Positions 43,176 through 56,773 of a stretch of DNA of 64,000 nt are shown here, piece by piece. A program made the translations under genes and the position numbers. The stretch is from Eledone cirrhosa (lineage: Eukaryota): assembly GCA_964016885.1 (NCBI GenBank), contig OZ024746.1:30752001-30816000 (forward strand). The letters are read 5' to 3'. The notes under the pieces are model-generated. The model saw only the letters and a list, made by a program, of their open reading frames with translations, did not search any database and had not been told where the DNA came from. How positions within the stretch are numbered: the stretch's first letter is position 1; the number at the start of each line of letters is the position of its first letter.

Positions 43176-44509
43176 GGGTCTCTGTGTGTACATGTTTCAT
43201 GTCCCTTGTTCCTTATTCTCTGTTTGTATACCTACTGTTGTTTTTTTTATGTATTTTTGTCCCCTATATGTGTTCTCGAATTCTTATCTACTTGTTCCTG
43301 TCCCTACTTTCGCTTCCCGTAACTCTCTTCCATAGTCTAACAGCCCTTTTAATAGTATTGATGCCACTGTAGTTACAACTGAATGTTATTGTGGTTAGTT
43401 TCTGCACTGTAATTATTGCTAGCCTTGTACCTTAGAATGATAGAGAGGACTGTATTAACTGCGCATGTATTTATTTATATATATAAATATCCATCTATAT
43501 TTCTGTCCCATTTTTCGCTTCCCTGTTTCAACGGACTACTATTGTGGTTAGTTGGTTTTTCTCTGCAATGTATTTACTGCTGGCCTTGTGCCTTTGGATG
43601 GGAGCGAGGCCTTTTCTCGTTGCCACCGTCACCATGGTGGGCTCATCACTGGTGTTGTTGTTGGTGTTACCACTATCTGGCTGCCGGGTAATGGATGCTC
43701 ACTGCCATTGACTTGATACTAATATCAATGATACCACCACTACTACGACGACCGGGGTAGGTGATGGGCGGTGTTAATGTCTGTTACCGTTATTATTGTT
43801 GTTGTTGCTATATATGGTCATGGTGATAGATGCCACCAATTCTGTGTATCCACCTACCTCAGAACTCCTTTTATTGCTTTGGTGTTATCGTTGTTATTGC
43901 CGGCGGGGTTATACCGTCACTACCACTGCTATGGCCTATGTACACGACGCTGGTCTGTGTTTTTGCTGTTGTTGCTGTTGTTGTTGTTGTAACTGTTTAC
44001 TGTGGTTCTTGCTTTCGTTGTTGTTGTCAGTAGGGTAGTAATATCACTACGACTGATGCGGCCAGTGTGGACGATATTGGTTGGCGTTTTGTTGTTACTG
44101 TCGTTATTGTTGTTGTTGTCGTTGTTGTTGTAGTTGTTGTCTTAATATATATATATATACCCCTTAAAATATATTCGCCATCCTCCCTCAGAGCTCCATT
44201 TATTGCTTCCACTTTCTACTGGGCTTTGGCTACACACAGGTTTTTCGTTTTTTTCGTTGATAGCTTTTTCTAGCAAACACGACGGCTGGCAAACCCTTAA
44301 AGGAACTCATATGTCTGCTGGGCAAACAATAGGACGTGTGTTTTTTCCTGCCAGCGACATATCAAACATATCGGTAATTCATCTGAGGATACCGATCTCA
44401 TAACAACAGCAAATGCATGAAGGGCATCTCGATTGCATGGCGATCCGTGGAAATAATTATAATGATTAAACGATATATGTAACATCAGCATCTTATTTTG
44501 TTATTTATA

Positions 44510-45400
44510 TATATGTTGATAAGTAGAAGAGAGGACAATACTCTGATTCTATCGGGGAAATGGCCATGTTCGATATGTAGGAAAGGAACTGGCATAAATT
44601 CCATAAAATGTACGCAATGCAGATCTTGGGTACACAAGAAATGTAGTGGGATAGCAGGCAAACTAACAGGTAGGGAAAACTACGTATGCAGTAGATGTAC
44701 AGGGAAAGTTGACAGTAGTAATCGCAATGATAGACACATTTTTCTAATGCATCTGGGTTCTATAGAAGTGGTTGATAGCTTCCGGTACCTAGGTGATAAG
44801 CTTAGTATGGGAGGAAGTGTTCCGAGGCCATAGTATCTAGAATAAGGACGGGTTGGAAGAAGTTTAGGGAGCTGCTTCCTCTGTTGACAAAGAAGGGTTT
44901 CTCTCTGAGTACGAAAAGACGGTTATATGATGCCTGTGTGAGATGCGCGATGCTGCATGGTAGTGATACATGGGCAGCAACTGCAGAAGATATGCGACGG
45001 CTGGAGAGAAATGAAGCAAGTATGCTTTGTTGAATATGCAATGTCAATGTGCGTGAACGACCAAGCATAGACGGGTTGAGAAAGAAACTGGGTATAAGAG
45101 GGATAAGTTGTGGTGTGCAGGAGAGAAGGCTCAGATGGTATGGACATGTGATGTGCATGGAGAATGACCGCTGGGTAAAGAAGTGCCAATAAATCCCAGT
45201 AGAAGGAAGACGCAGTAGAGGTAGACCACGGAATCATGGGCGGAGGTGGTGAGAGCAGACTTCAGATCGCTGAAACTCGCCGAGGAGATGACGAAGGACC
45301 GTGACAAGTGGAGAGATGCTGTGCTGAATAGGACCCATACAACCCTTGCAAGCAGGGAAAAGCGGACGTAAAATGATGATGATGAGGATGATGATGATAG
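44510..45400 (+). mobile_element. Degenerate RTE/RTE-X LINE 3' fragment (related subfamily)
   Basis: SGKWPCSICRKG..WVHKKCSG, YLGD, RRLRWYGHV-like, RGRP; ends cggacgtaaaat(gat)n. Confidence 0.8.
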
Positions 45401-45772
45401 CGAGAGAGTCCTAGTCTTCATTAATACATCTCTCTAGGAGAAGGTCACTCTGATATAAAACCTGTGACATCGTTTGCATCCAATGATATAGACCAGTTCT
45501 TCTTTTTGGGCAAATGCATTCGATGTTCAGAGAGTGGGATAGGCACCATGCAAAGACTTCCCTCACTTAAAAAAAGCTTCAAGCATAGGCATCGTTTGAT
45601 ATGTGACATTTTTTGCGATGCCTGGTATTGCAAGTCGCTAGCAGGACTAAAAGACCACGTCCGTGCTTAAGTATCAAGCGATGGTATTACTCGAAATCGA
45701 GTTGCAGCCATCATCATGTATGTATGTATAATTCATGCTGGAATCGTAGAGTCTTAACACAGCCGATTTCTT

Positions 45773-45840
<68 letters not shown>

Positions 45841-45954
45841 CATCGACCGAATACCGGGCAAGTAATTTTCTGTCACCCCGAAAGAGTAAAAAGCAAAGAC
45901 GACCTAGGATGGATTTGAACGCAAAGGGCAGAAAATTGGAACGAATACCGCGAA

Positions 45955-46145
45955 GCGGCGGTGGATTGGCAGTATCGGTAGAGAGTCGGACGCCATGCTT
46001 TCCAGCATAGTTACGTCTCTTTACGATCTGAGTTCAAATCCCGCCGAGGTTGACTTTGCCTTTCATCCTTACGGGGTCGATAAAATAAAGTACCAGTAAT
46101 GCACTGGGTAATTGCTGGCCTTGTGCCTAAAGTAGAAACAATTAT
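45955..46145 (+). mobile_element. tRNA-derived SINE (~190 bp). Copies: 8248-8440, 16478-16670, 21555-21770, 32981-33170, 54962-55135 (+); 4374-4590, 4605-4780, 46870-47010, 51485-51620 (-); 3' fragments at 13063-13160, 16372-16472, 22383-22478
   Basis: A-box-like TGGCAGTATCGG, B-box GAGTTCAAATCC, conserved core GCCTTTCATCCTTACGGGGTCGATAAAATAAAGTACC, (ATT)n tail. Confidence 0.88.
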
Positions 46146-46339
46146 ATCTGACATTGTAAAGATCTTGTCAATTCGCTGTTTATTTGGATTGGATACGTAG
46201 TTGACTCTTTATGTTTGTAAGGCACAAGGGTTCCAGGGAAGTAACTCTTGGCTTCATAATGATATGCCAGGAAATGTTAAAACATTTATTTAAGAGTGGT
46301 TTCCCTTGGAATTCAACGCCTGTGATATGAATGACGCTA

Positions 46340-46822
46340 TTCTAACCACTAACACCACTACCACCATCATCACAACCATAGCTACCACCACACACACCTC
46401 CACAATAACAACCACTGTGTCAACCACCATAATAAATAGCATCCCCATATACACACCATCACATTCACTACCACAACGATCAGCACCACCACTACTAACG
46501 TCATCACCATAGCCACAACTTCCACCACTGTGTCAACCACCACAATAACCATCACAACGATCATCATCCCCATCACTACCACCATCACAACTACAACTAC
46601 AACCGCCACCACCAATCACTACCACAGCCTCTACCACAAATATCGACAGCACCCCCACTACCACCATCACAACAATCAGCACCATCATCATCACCATCAC
46701 TACCACTATTATAAGGACCACTACCACAACCACAACAATCAGCACTATCATCATTACTACCATCACAACCATCAGCACCACCACCATCACTACCACTATC
46801 ATAACCACCACCACCACCACCA
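46340..46822. repeat. Degenerate (CAC/CAT/ACT)n trinucleotide low-complexity tract; similar at 21300-21490 and 50210-50350
   Basis: Direct reading; source of the poly-His/Thr/Val spurious ORFs. Confidence 0.9.
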
Positions 46823-47484
46823 GATTCACTCACTTTTGTCAGTGCTCAGCAAATTTTCAAAGGTGAATGAAATAATTGTTTCTACTTTAGGCACAAGGCC
46901 AGCAATTACCCAGTGCATTACTGGTAATGAAATAATTGTTTCTACTTTAGGCACAAGGCCAGCAATTACCCAGTGCATTACTGGTACTTTATTTTATCGA
47001 CCCCGTAAGGATGCTGGTAATGAAATAATGTATATATATTTGTTTAGGAATGTTTGTGTAGAAAGGGAAGGAGGACGAAGCAAAGTGAATAATAGCCAAT
47101 GGGATTCTAGTATTCATGGTACTGCTGGAGTACGAAATGTTATTGGTTGAAAGGAATATTTGCTATAGTTCAAAGAAGACCATTTTAGGAAATGGGAGTG
47201 GCTATTGTCATGAAAGAAAGCTAAACGTGAAATCCATTCCAGGATGTCTGTATGATTTAAGGGCTAACGTACTAAATAAAGGAGAAGATAAACATTAGAG
47301 ATGAAAGGATTATTCATGATCACAGAGATTGTAATATTTATTTGGCGCCAGTCCTCTTTGTCATGAAATTCCACCAGTCAAAAAATATCAAGTTCGTATG
47401 AAAATGTATGTAGATTCATAAGATCAAATTACAGCTTAGCTTGGACTATACGCTTGTGTATTTGTCCGTCACAAGTGATTACAT

Positions 47485-47730
47485 CGACTGAGAAAGGAAG
47501 GCGTGATAACGCCGCCTGAGAAAAGAAGGGGTGATCAAGTCGACTGAGAAAGTAAGGGTTGATAACGTCGACTTAGGAAGGAAGGGGTGATAACGTCAAC
47601 TGAGAAAGGAAAGGGTGATAACGTCGACTGAGAAAGGAAGGGGTGATTCTGTTGACTTAGGAAGGAAGGGGTGATAAACTTGACTTAGGAAGGAAGGGGT
47701 AATAACGTTGACTTAGGAAGAAAGGGTAGC
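47485..47730. repeat. 28-bp purine-rich minisatellite, ~9 copies
   Basis: Unit gtcgactgagaaaggaaggggtgataac. Confidence 0.9.
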
Positions 47731-48694
47731 AGCGTTATTCGCTACATTTGTGTGTGTCTATATGTATAGAGAATTGGCTACACACATTGGTTGTTATGAT
47801 TATGTGAGTGTTTGTGTGTGTATACGTGTTTGTGTAAATTATATTGATATATGATATTTGTGTGAGTGCATGTGTGTTTGTGTGTTTACTTAGAAAGGTA
47901 CATAGAAAAAATAGAATTACAAACACACATGAATCTACATATACATATATATAAACAGACACACAAAAAAAGAATTATTACATAAACACACATCTATGTG
48001 ATGACTGAGAAAGGAGGAGGTAAGGAAATATAGATGTCCTGCGTTCTAAGATTCGTCACACTTGTGTGTGTATGGTATATCATGCAATGTTTTACAGCCA
48101 GATGCCCTTCCTGACATCAAACATTTTAGTTACTTCTTACAACACATAAGGATATGCTGTACCTATTCTAGGAATGCCACCACATAGATATTATTGAAAG
48201 TAGATATATATAGTCCCTTAATGCCTGTGTTTGTTTGTGAATATATATGTGTGTGAGTAACCTATTTGGTTAATAGACTTAATCTGTCACTTGGCTAGAT
48301 ACCATCATCAACTACCTGGTCTTTAAATACCTTTAATGGAGTCCACTCTGTTGCCAACATTTAAACCAAGTCTGGTTTGAAGATATCTTCCTCCCCACAA
48401 CCAGTCTCAGAAGCTCTGGAAAAAGTCCAAGGCTCTGCCCTTCTTTTTCTCATTAAACAATTAAATAGAGTTTGAACATATCTTCCTCACCAGCCCTCAC
48501 ACACCACCAGTCTCAAAAGCCCTGAAAATGGTCCAGGGCTCAGCCCTTCTCTTCCTCACTAAACAGCTAAAACAAGGCACTGCCTAATTACATTATGGAA
48601 CACCCACGGTGGAGTTAAACTTAAAAACCATTTGGTTACATTCCCAACAACATTGCATTGAAAACAAACACATCATATCTGATAACATCATATC

Positions 48695-48700
48695 TTTATT
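48695..48700 (-). other. Candidate RFC4 polyadenylation signal AATAAA
   Basis: tttatt on the + strand ~112 nt downstream of the RFC4 stop. Confidence 0.5.
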
Positions 48701-48811
48701 AGAGAAATTTTATGTTTTATACATGCTCTCTCTCAACACACATACAGACACTCTCTTGAAGTAATAAAATATATAAGAAACTGAATAATTCTCAATAAAC
48801 CCCTAAATATT

Positions 48812-50938
48812 CTAGGCCGTTTGATGACAGATCTGGTTCATTATGTTATTAAATAGGTCCAGGAGTTGTAAATATTCATCTGCTCCGTCCATCATACATT
48901 TGTCTACGACCTGAAATAGCAAACAAACCAATACAGAATTAAACTCATTTCAATATATGCCATATTGATCACAAAGAGGAGAGACAAACAGATACACTCG
49001 AATATGTACATTCATATATATATACGGGGACCAGGAAGAGCACAAATCATAGTAGTACTCGATACATGGTATGATGCAGAGTGGGTATATCAGTGAGGTA
49101 GAAGATTGACTGCGAGATCAAGTGGTTTCTAGCCAAAACTGCCTGAGCATGCATTTTATCTTGGTATCATCACTATTGTGGTACCATCGAATAGGGTGGT
49201 CCCAACACTACTACTTTACAGTGTGGACTGGGTGCATTTATTGTGGCACCAGCACCAGCACTTTACAGTGTGGGCTGAGTGCATTTATTTTGACACCAGT
49301 ACTACCACTTTATAGAATGTACCCAGTGCATTTATCATACCAGTACTACCACTTTGCAGTATGGTCTGTGTGCATTTATCATGACACCAGCACCACTCAC
49401 TACTTTACAGTGTAGAGTGCATGTATTTTATCATGGCATCAACACCACCACTTTACAGTGTGGAAGTGTGGACTGTGTGCATTTATTGTGGCAACAGCAC
49501 TACCATTTCCAACATAGTGTTCAACTTTTATTATGCTCATTTGTGTTGGGACACAAACATTTCAAATTACTATATATATATATATAAGTTAAAACAATGA
49601 AATAAAAAATCAAGTCATTAGAGATATACTTCACTGCTTTACGATCGTTTCTAGATGGTGATAATACATTGTATCTATTTTTTTATTTCATTGTTTTAAC
49701 TTATATCATGACTCTGTTTTCCTTTTAATGTTTTATTGTTTTCTGAGATTTATCTTAACCTACAACATTTTCAACATATGGATTACATTGAGTTCTTCAT
49801 ACAGAATAGACCCCACAACTTACAGTGGATACCTCTCTCTATATATATATATATACAAGCATGGAAAACTGAACGTAAATCAATGATAATGATAACAAGC
49901 TGATGAGCTTATTCCATTTGTTTCCAGTTAGTGTCTGTGGCATGAAACATTCCATTTACTCATATCAGAGTTGTATTGGACAAAGAGAAAGAGAGAAATG
50001 TTTGTGATAAAGAAATAGTTTCACTTACAGCCATCTTCTCTGCAATGACACATTTTTGTTTGTCTGCAAGTTCTTCAGATATCATGAGAAAGTCGTGCAG
50101 TTGACAGACTATTTGTAACCCAGAGTAACCATCCATTATCATCTCCTATAGAAATATTTCATATACACAACAGTATAACGATATATTGTACAGTTTAATA
50201 TATTCAAAATAATGATGGTGGTAGTGATGGTGGTAGTTGTGGTGATGGTAGATGAAGATGATGGTAATGGTAATGGTGGTGATAGCAATGATGATGGTGG
50301 TAGATGATGAAGACAATAGTAGTGGTGGTGATAGTGATGATGATGATACTGATGAGGTTATTGAATTGAAATAAACCAGGACAGACCTCGATTTTAGAAG
50401 TTTCAAAATTAACATTGGACAAGATAAAAGATGATGATGATGATGATAATTACTTCTACTTTTGGCACAAGACCAACAATTTGAAGGGAAAGGGAATGTT
50501 GAATATATCAACCTCAGTATTTAGCTGGTATCATCATCATCATCATCATCATCAACGTTTAACGTCCGTGTTCCATGCTTGCATGGATTTGGACGGGGGT
50601 TTTCCCACTTGAGGCAAGAGTGATTGTCTTGCTCACATAGGACTGTCAGGCAGGTTTTCTACAGTTGGATGCCCTTCCTAACACCAACCACATTTACAGT
50701 GTGGTATCTTAATAATAAATAATTTATTTTGGTTGTTACATTGTTGTTGTTATCTGCAGGTTGTAACCCCTGGCTGATAGAGCTAGGATTTGAACTCTGA
50801 GTACAGAGAACATTTCTTATGATGGTCTAACAACTCTGACATTTCACTGATTATGTGCATGAGTATATATTTGTGTGGGTATATGTGAGTATGTGAGTGT
50901 ATGTATATGTTAGTGCATGTATATATGAGTATATATAC

Positions 50939-50970
<32 letters not shown>

Positions 50971-52366
50971 TAGTGTTAAAATACACCAATACACTCTGTA
51001 AAATGGTATTGTCAGTTCTACAATAAAATGCACTCTGTACACTTTCTAAAGTGGCAGAGCTGTTATCACAAAAAACACACCCATTGCAGTCTGTATTGTG
51101 GTTGGTGTTACGAAGGACATCTAGTTGTAGAAACCATGTTAAATACAGAAGATATAATAAGCAATACAGGTCACATCAAGCAAACCTGTCAGCATGGAAA
51201 TTGGACATATAAATGATGATGATGACAATGTATATATATATTGTTACAAACCTTTAATGCTGAGTCTAATTTATCATAAGAATTGGAGTGGCAAACAGAA
51301 AACATGTTGTGAATGACATCTTCTGGTACAATCTAAAGATAATAATAATGGTTTCTGATTTAGGCATAAGGACAATAATTTGGGGGAAGGGGAAAGTAGA
51401 TTAGATTGACCCAGGTGCATTACTGTACTTTATGAAACAGAAAACATGTTATGGATGACATCTGGTACAATCTAAAGATAATAATAATTGTTTCTACTTT
51501 TGGCACAAGGCCAGCAATTATCCCAGTGTATTACTGGTACTTTATTTTATCGACCCCCGTAAGGATGAAAGGCAAAGCTAACCTCGGCGGGATTTTATCT
51601 CAGATTGTAAAGCCTATTGTCCGACAGTCTACATAATAATAATAACAATAATGGGTGCTTCAACCGATGGGCCCATGATGGGGTCAGCAAAAAAGTGGAA
51701 AGTATAGGAAAACAAGAATGGAATATTGCTATAGCAATGCTATCTTTATATACATATATGATCTTTGGGAAGGCATGTGGCTTAAAGGCTAGAGTGTCTA
51801 GCTCATGAATGTAAGGTTGTGAGTTTGATTCTCAGTGGTACTTTGTGTTCTTCAAGACATTTCATATCACAGCAAAAATGAGGGATACCTGGAGATTTAG
51901 TGTAACACAGTGTATAACGAGGTTGGCCCTTTAAATTACAGGTACAAACCATCCGATGATGGGCTTCCAAACAGTTTTCATCTACCTAATTTCAGTCACA
52001 TGACATGGGTCAACCTGCGGCTATGGTAAATTACAGCCCAAATATCACAGAGTAAAACCTAATGAGTTGGAAGTAAATTCATTGACCATTAGGCTGTGAG
52101 GTAAACTCCTTGACCATTTGGTAGTGAGGTAAACTCTTTAACCATTTGGCTATGCTGCATCCAACATGTTTTATACCTGCCTAGTAAAACAACATTGGCA
52201 AGACTTGAAAGAGAAGTGAAGGATTTCACTTCCCAACCACATGGTTTCAGATTTAGTCCCACAGTGAAACTTTGGTCAAGTCTCTTGGCCAAGTGTCTTC
52301 TATAGCTTCAGGCAGACCAATGCCCTGGAGGTAAAATTTTGTAGGTAGAAACTGCAGAAACCAATC

Positions 52367-52424
<58 letters not shown>

Positions 52425-55400
52425 CCATGTCCATGCTCTTGTTTATGTAACATAACTTAACAATTAGACAAACAAAGATCAATAAAATATGATCCGGACT
52501 TGGAAAAGTAGAAAAACAGTACTCGAATAAATATGATCAATTAAATCTTTCAAGCAGTGCTCCAGCATGACCATTGTCTACTGACTGAAACAAGTAAAAG
52601 AGCAGTATTCTATATATGGCAGTGCCCCAGCATGGCCACAGTCTAATGACTGAAACGAGTAAAAGAACAGTATACAATATATGGCAATGCCTCAAAATGG
52701 CTACAATCTAGTGAGTGAAATCAATAAAAGAGTTCAATAAGGAACATGAAGATGGTCCACTTACCCCTGCAACTTCCATAATGTCTTGTTTGGAAATATT
52801 CTCCTCTCCCTTTAATCTGGACACACTCTGAAGTAGGGTAATAGCCCTTCTTAAGTCTCCGTCTGATACCTGTATCAACACCTGTAATACTTCTTCTTTA
52901 CACACCACTTGTTCCTTCTCACATATGCCTCTTAATCGTTTCACCAATATCTCAGCAGTGAGGGGTTTGAAGCGGAATTTGGCACACCGGGATGTGATCG
53001 GGTCAATGATTCTACTTACATAGTTACAGATCAAACAGAAACGAGTAGTTTTTGATTCTTTCTCCATAGTACGACGCAGTGCCGTCTGGAAAGACAAAGA
53101 GATAGATTTAATATTTAACCCTTTTCATACCCCTCAATCTGGAACTACAACTGCTTCTACAATAGAAGGAGGCTGTATTTTAAAGTGTTTATATTTATTG
53201 AAAAATGTTCCATCATAATTTAAGTTAAGTCCTGTACACCAGCTTTCTAATGAGAAAGTTATTTATATTACTAATTTTTTTATTATTTTCAAAATTAATT
53301 AAAAATCATAGCAGTATATTTCATTAGAAATATAGTAACGAAAGGGTTAAATGTTTGAAATGAGTTAATTATTAATATAGAACATTTATTTAACTCTTAA
53401 CATTCTGTAAGGATTTAGCTGAAAATATTTTAAAATGGATTTGAAAAGTTTATAGTAACTTTACAAATGGACAAATTGTTATTAAAATTTGAAGTAAACT
53501 AAAATAAAGACTTAAATTCTTAAGTGATACAGTCATTATATCGTTTTGTACTTTTTACAGAATGTTTTACTTATGTGGTTAGTTAATTCAAATGTTTATA
53601 TCTTTACTGGTGAACAGATTGTTGTAAAATTTACAATAAAGATTTTAATATTTAATGTGATACAGCCATAATGCTGCTTTGAAAGTCTCTCAACATCCAG
53701 TACCACATAAAATCACATTACAACTTCATGTGAAACAGGATGTTAGGAGTCAAATAAAAGAAGAAAAGGCAGAATCTTACCTGAGCTGCCAATGTCATTG
53801 AGTCAGCTTCGTCTAAGACAATTATCTTAAAAGGAGGGCAAGGCTTTCCACTGACAAAGAAAAAGATACCAAAATAAACATGACATTGATGATGAATAAC
53901 AATAATAAAGGTTTCTAATTTTGGCACAAAGTCAGTAATATATGGGGAAGGGATATAGTTACATATATAGTAATAACTACCTGGAGATGCATGAATGCCA
54001 TCAAACCACATCTACTTAGTATAATGTGTTGGAAGTGCTGTAGATATATATATATATATATATATATAACAATAACTACTTGGAGACATATGAATGCCAC
54101 CACACCACATCTACTTAGTCAGTATAGTGTGTTGGCAGCATTGTAGATATATATATATATATATATATATCAATAACTACCTGGAGATGCCTGAATGCCA
54201 CCACACTACATCTATGTACTTACTCAGGTCTAAAAGCAGAGGCACTAATCTGAGCAAACTTCTTCACTTTGTTTCTAATGACATCAATACCTCGTTCATC
54301 GGAGGAGTTCAGTTCCAGGACCCGGCTACGATACATATCATGTCTAAATAAGACAAAAAATATAGAAAACATGAGTTTTAAACAACAATTATTAAAAGAC
54401 TAAGGTTCAATACATATGGTGTCTAAATAAGGCCAAAAACATTGAACATAGATAGAAAGCCTAAAAACTATTATTACATACCCAAATAGTTCCCGGGCTG
54501 CAGCCAGAATTGTAGATGTTTTACCAGTCCCAGGGGGTCCATAGAACAGGAGATTTGGTAACTGTGGAATAAGATGAGGGATTGAAAGATGGTGAACAGA
54601 CACATCAAATTAGGCGTGTGTGGTTGATTAGAATATTGTATATTTGCGATATTTGATCTGGCTATCTGTTTTCTGAGTTCAAATCCTGCTGAACTCTATT
54701 TTGTCTTGTATCTTTCTGGAGTCAATAAATAAAATACCAGTGAAATACTAGGGTTAATTCTCCCCCCCCCCCTCTCTCTCTCAGAAACAACTGTGTTACA
54801 TCATGAGAATAGTCGTAGGAAATCACTCAGTGTTCCTTTCTCTACAAATGGAGAAGCATCAACTCTTTTCATACCAAATTGACTCTTGTTTTATGATACA
54901 AAACACTTTATTTTAAAGTGTTTGTATTCATCTAAAATCCTTCCATTATAATTTTATGTAAGGGCGGTGAATTGGCAGTAACGGTAGAGGGTTGGGCACC
55001 ATGCTTTCCAGCATAGTTACGTCCCTTTACGGTCTGAGTTCAAATTGCCTTTCATCCTTACGATGTCGATAAAATAAAGTACCAGTAATGTACTGGGTAT
55101 TTTGCTGGCTTTGTGCCAAAAGTAGAAGCAATTATAATTTTATGTAAGAACCGTTTAACAATGAGAAAGTCAGTTATAATACTAAATCCCTCCAAATTCT
55201 TTATTTTCAAAATGATTTGAAAATCATAGACAGTGTCTTTCATTGGAAATATGGTAATGGAAGAGGGAAAATGAGGGGCTAGAAACCTGTTCTCACAGAA
55301 AAACTGATGTCAGTATACAGTACAGCATGGAACTGAAGGTCAATATGATCAATTAAAATTCCTGAAGAGAGTGCACCATTATCATCGTTCAACTATTGTA

Positions 55401-56773
55401 ACAGACAGCTGCAATCTCTCTCCACTCATTGCAGCTGTCCTAATTATTCTTATAGTTAGGTAATTAGCTATGGCCATCCCTAGGTAGGATTTGAACTCAG
55501 AAGGCACAGAGCTGGAATAGATTCTACAAGACATCTAGTCAGACACATTAACGATCTCACCAATTCACAACCATAGATAAGTATTTTATTTTATCAGCTG
55601 CAAATCAGTGGGATTAGAACTCAAGTCAGAACAAATACTACAAGGCATTCATTCTAACAACTCAGCCAATTTTAACAAATGAAACCAGTGAAAGAATAAA
55701 CTAGAATACTTACATCAGAACCTTGAAGAGATTTCTTAAGAACTTGTACAACTTCATCTTGGTAAGCAACATCATCAATTTGGCGAGGACGACTATATAG
55801 AGGAAACAAATACATCATTAATGGTAAATATATCTTAAAGAGGTCTTAGTTCAATGTACTACTAGCAGGATTATGTGATGTTGCCTGGGATATAAAGCAT
55901 TCTTTTTTTTTAAACTCTTTAGTCAAGGAAGGATATTTCTTTCCTTTTTGGTGAATGACCATACTTAAAATTAATAATGAGAAAGTTTAAATTCCTCCAA
56001 ATTCTAGATTATTTTCAAAATGATTTGAAAATCATAGGTAGTGTCATTTTGTTGAAATATTGTAACAAAAGGGTTAAAATGTAACTATTTAAGTAACACT
56101 TAAAATACAAGTCAGTTTCTACGTCTCTAATAAAAAACATTAAATATGATTTTCAAATCATTTAAAAAATAATCAAGAATTTGGAAGGATTTAGTAATAC
56201 AACTTTCTCATTATTAAGCTGGTGTTAAGATGGAAGAGTTTTAAATAAATAGGAAAGAAAGAACTCTCAATTTCTGATGAAGTCATAGGAACACTGTCCT
56301 GATACATGGCATGTCTTAGGACATATAAACCTAGTAAAGCCCATCCCTCTCCAAGTCTGAACACAACTGACTTCTCCCAGAGAATGAAAATGTGCAAGAA
56401 TAAGTGTTAAAAGAAAAATTGACACTAGAATATGACAGGTATTTTATTTATTGACCCTGGGCAGGTACTTCAATTGACATTGAAAGGATGAAAGCAAAGG
56501 TAGCTTCGGTGGGAATTGAACTCAGAGAATAGACAGCCAAGACATACCGAGGTATTGAATCCAATAACTTGGCCAATTTACCGCCTTTCAGATAAATATA
56601 AAGATTTTAAAATAAACAAAATTATATGTAGAATCAGGGGTGCAATCAAATGGGTTAAGTACTTACTATTTCTCTACCCAGGGTACATGTGTTTCCTTGG
56701 TAGTTTCTGTTGATGTTGGTTTCTCCTTTTTTTTTATGAACCCAGAACTTCCAGGTTTCAGGAAGGCATGCAT
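48812..56773 (-). CDS. RFC4: Replication factor C subunit 4 (clamp-loader AAA+ ATPase), complete. Exons (minus): 56773-56667, 55792-55714, 54561-54482, 54343-54224, 53850-53781, 53085-52765, 51332-51252, 50145-50029, 48910-48812
   Basis: 1074 nt, 357 aa + TAG, all GT-AG and phase-consistent. MHAFLK..VPWVEKYRP, Walker [20 protein letters not shown], Walker [23 protein letters not shown] motif ([10 protein letters not shown]), GDLRRAIT, C-terminal DGADEYLQL. Confidence 0.97.
53115..53350. mobile_element. Second piggyBac-type MITE family. Copies at 24598-24868, 29627-29848, 56870-57285, ~11463-11920, ~14330-14530, ~17525-18010, ~63000-63320, ~63422-63724
   Basis: TTAA|CCCTTT ... AAAGGG|TTAA termini; shared internals (catatttctaatgaaagacac; ttccaaacaccagcttaataatgagaaag; cataaaattatgatggaa) in both orientations. 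Confidence 0.78.

Noticed and set aside
46530-47150. His/Thr-rich 206-aa ORF
   Set aside because: Trinucleotide low-complexity tract plus SINE fragments
53972-54225. Three tandem ~100-bp units next to the RFC4 exon 4 donor as possible alternative donors
   Set aside because: The duplicated units read CTAAGT instead of GTAAGT on the minus strand at the matching position
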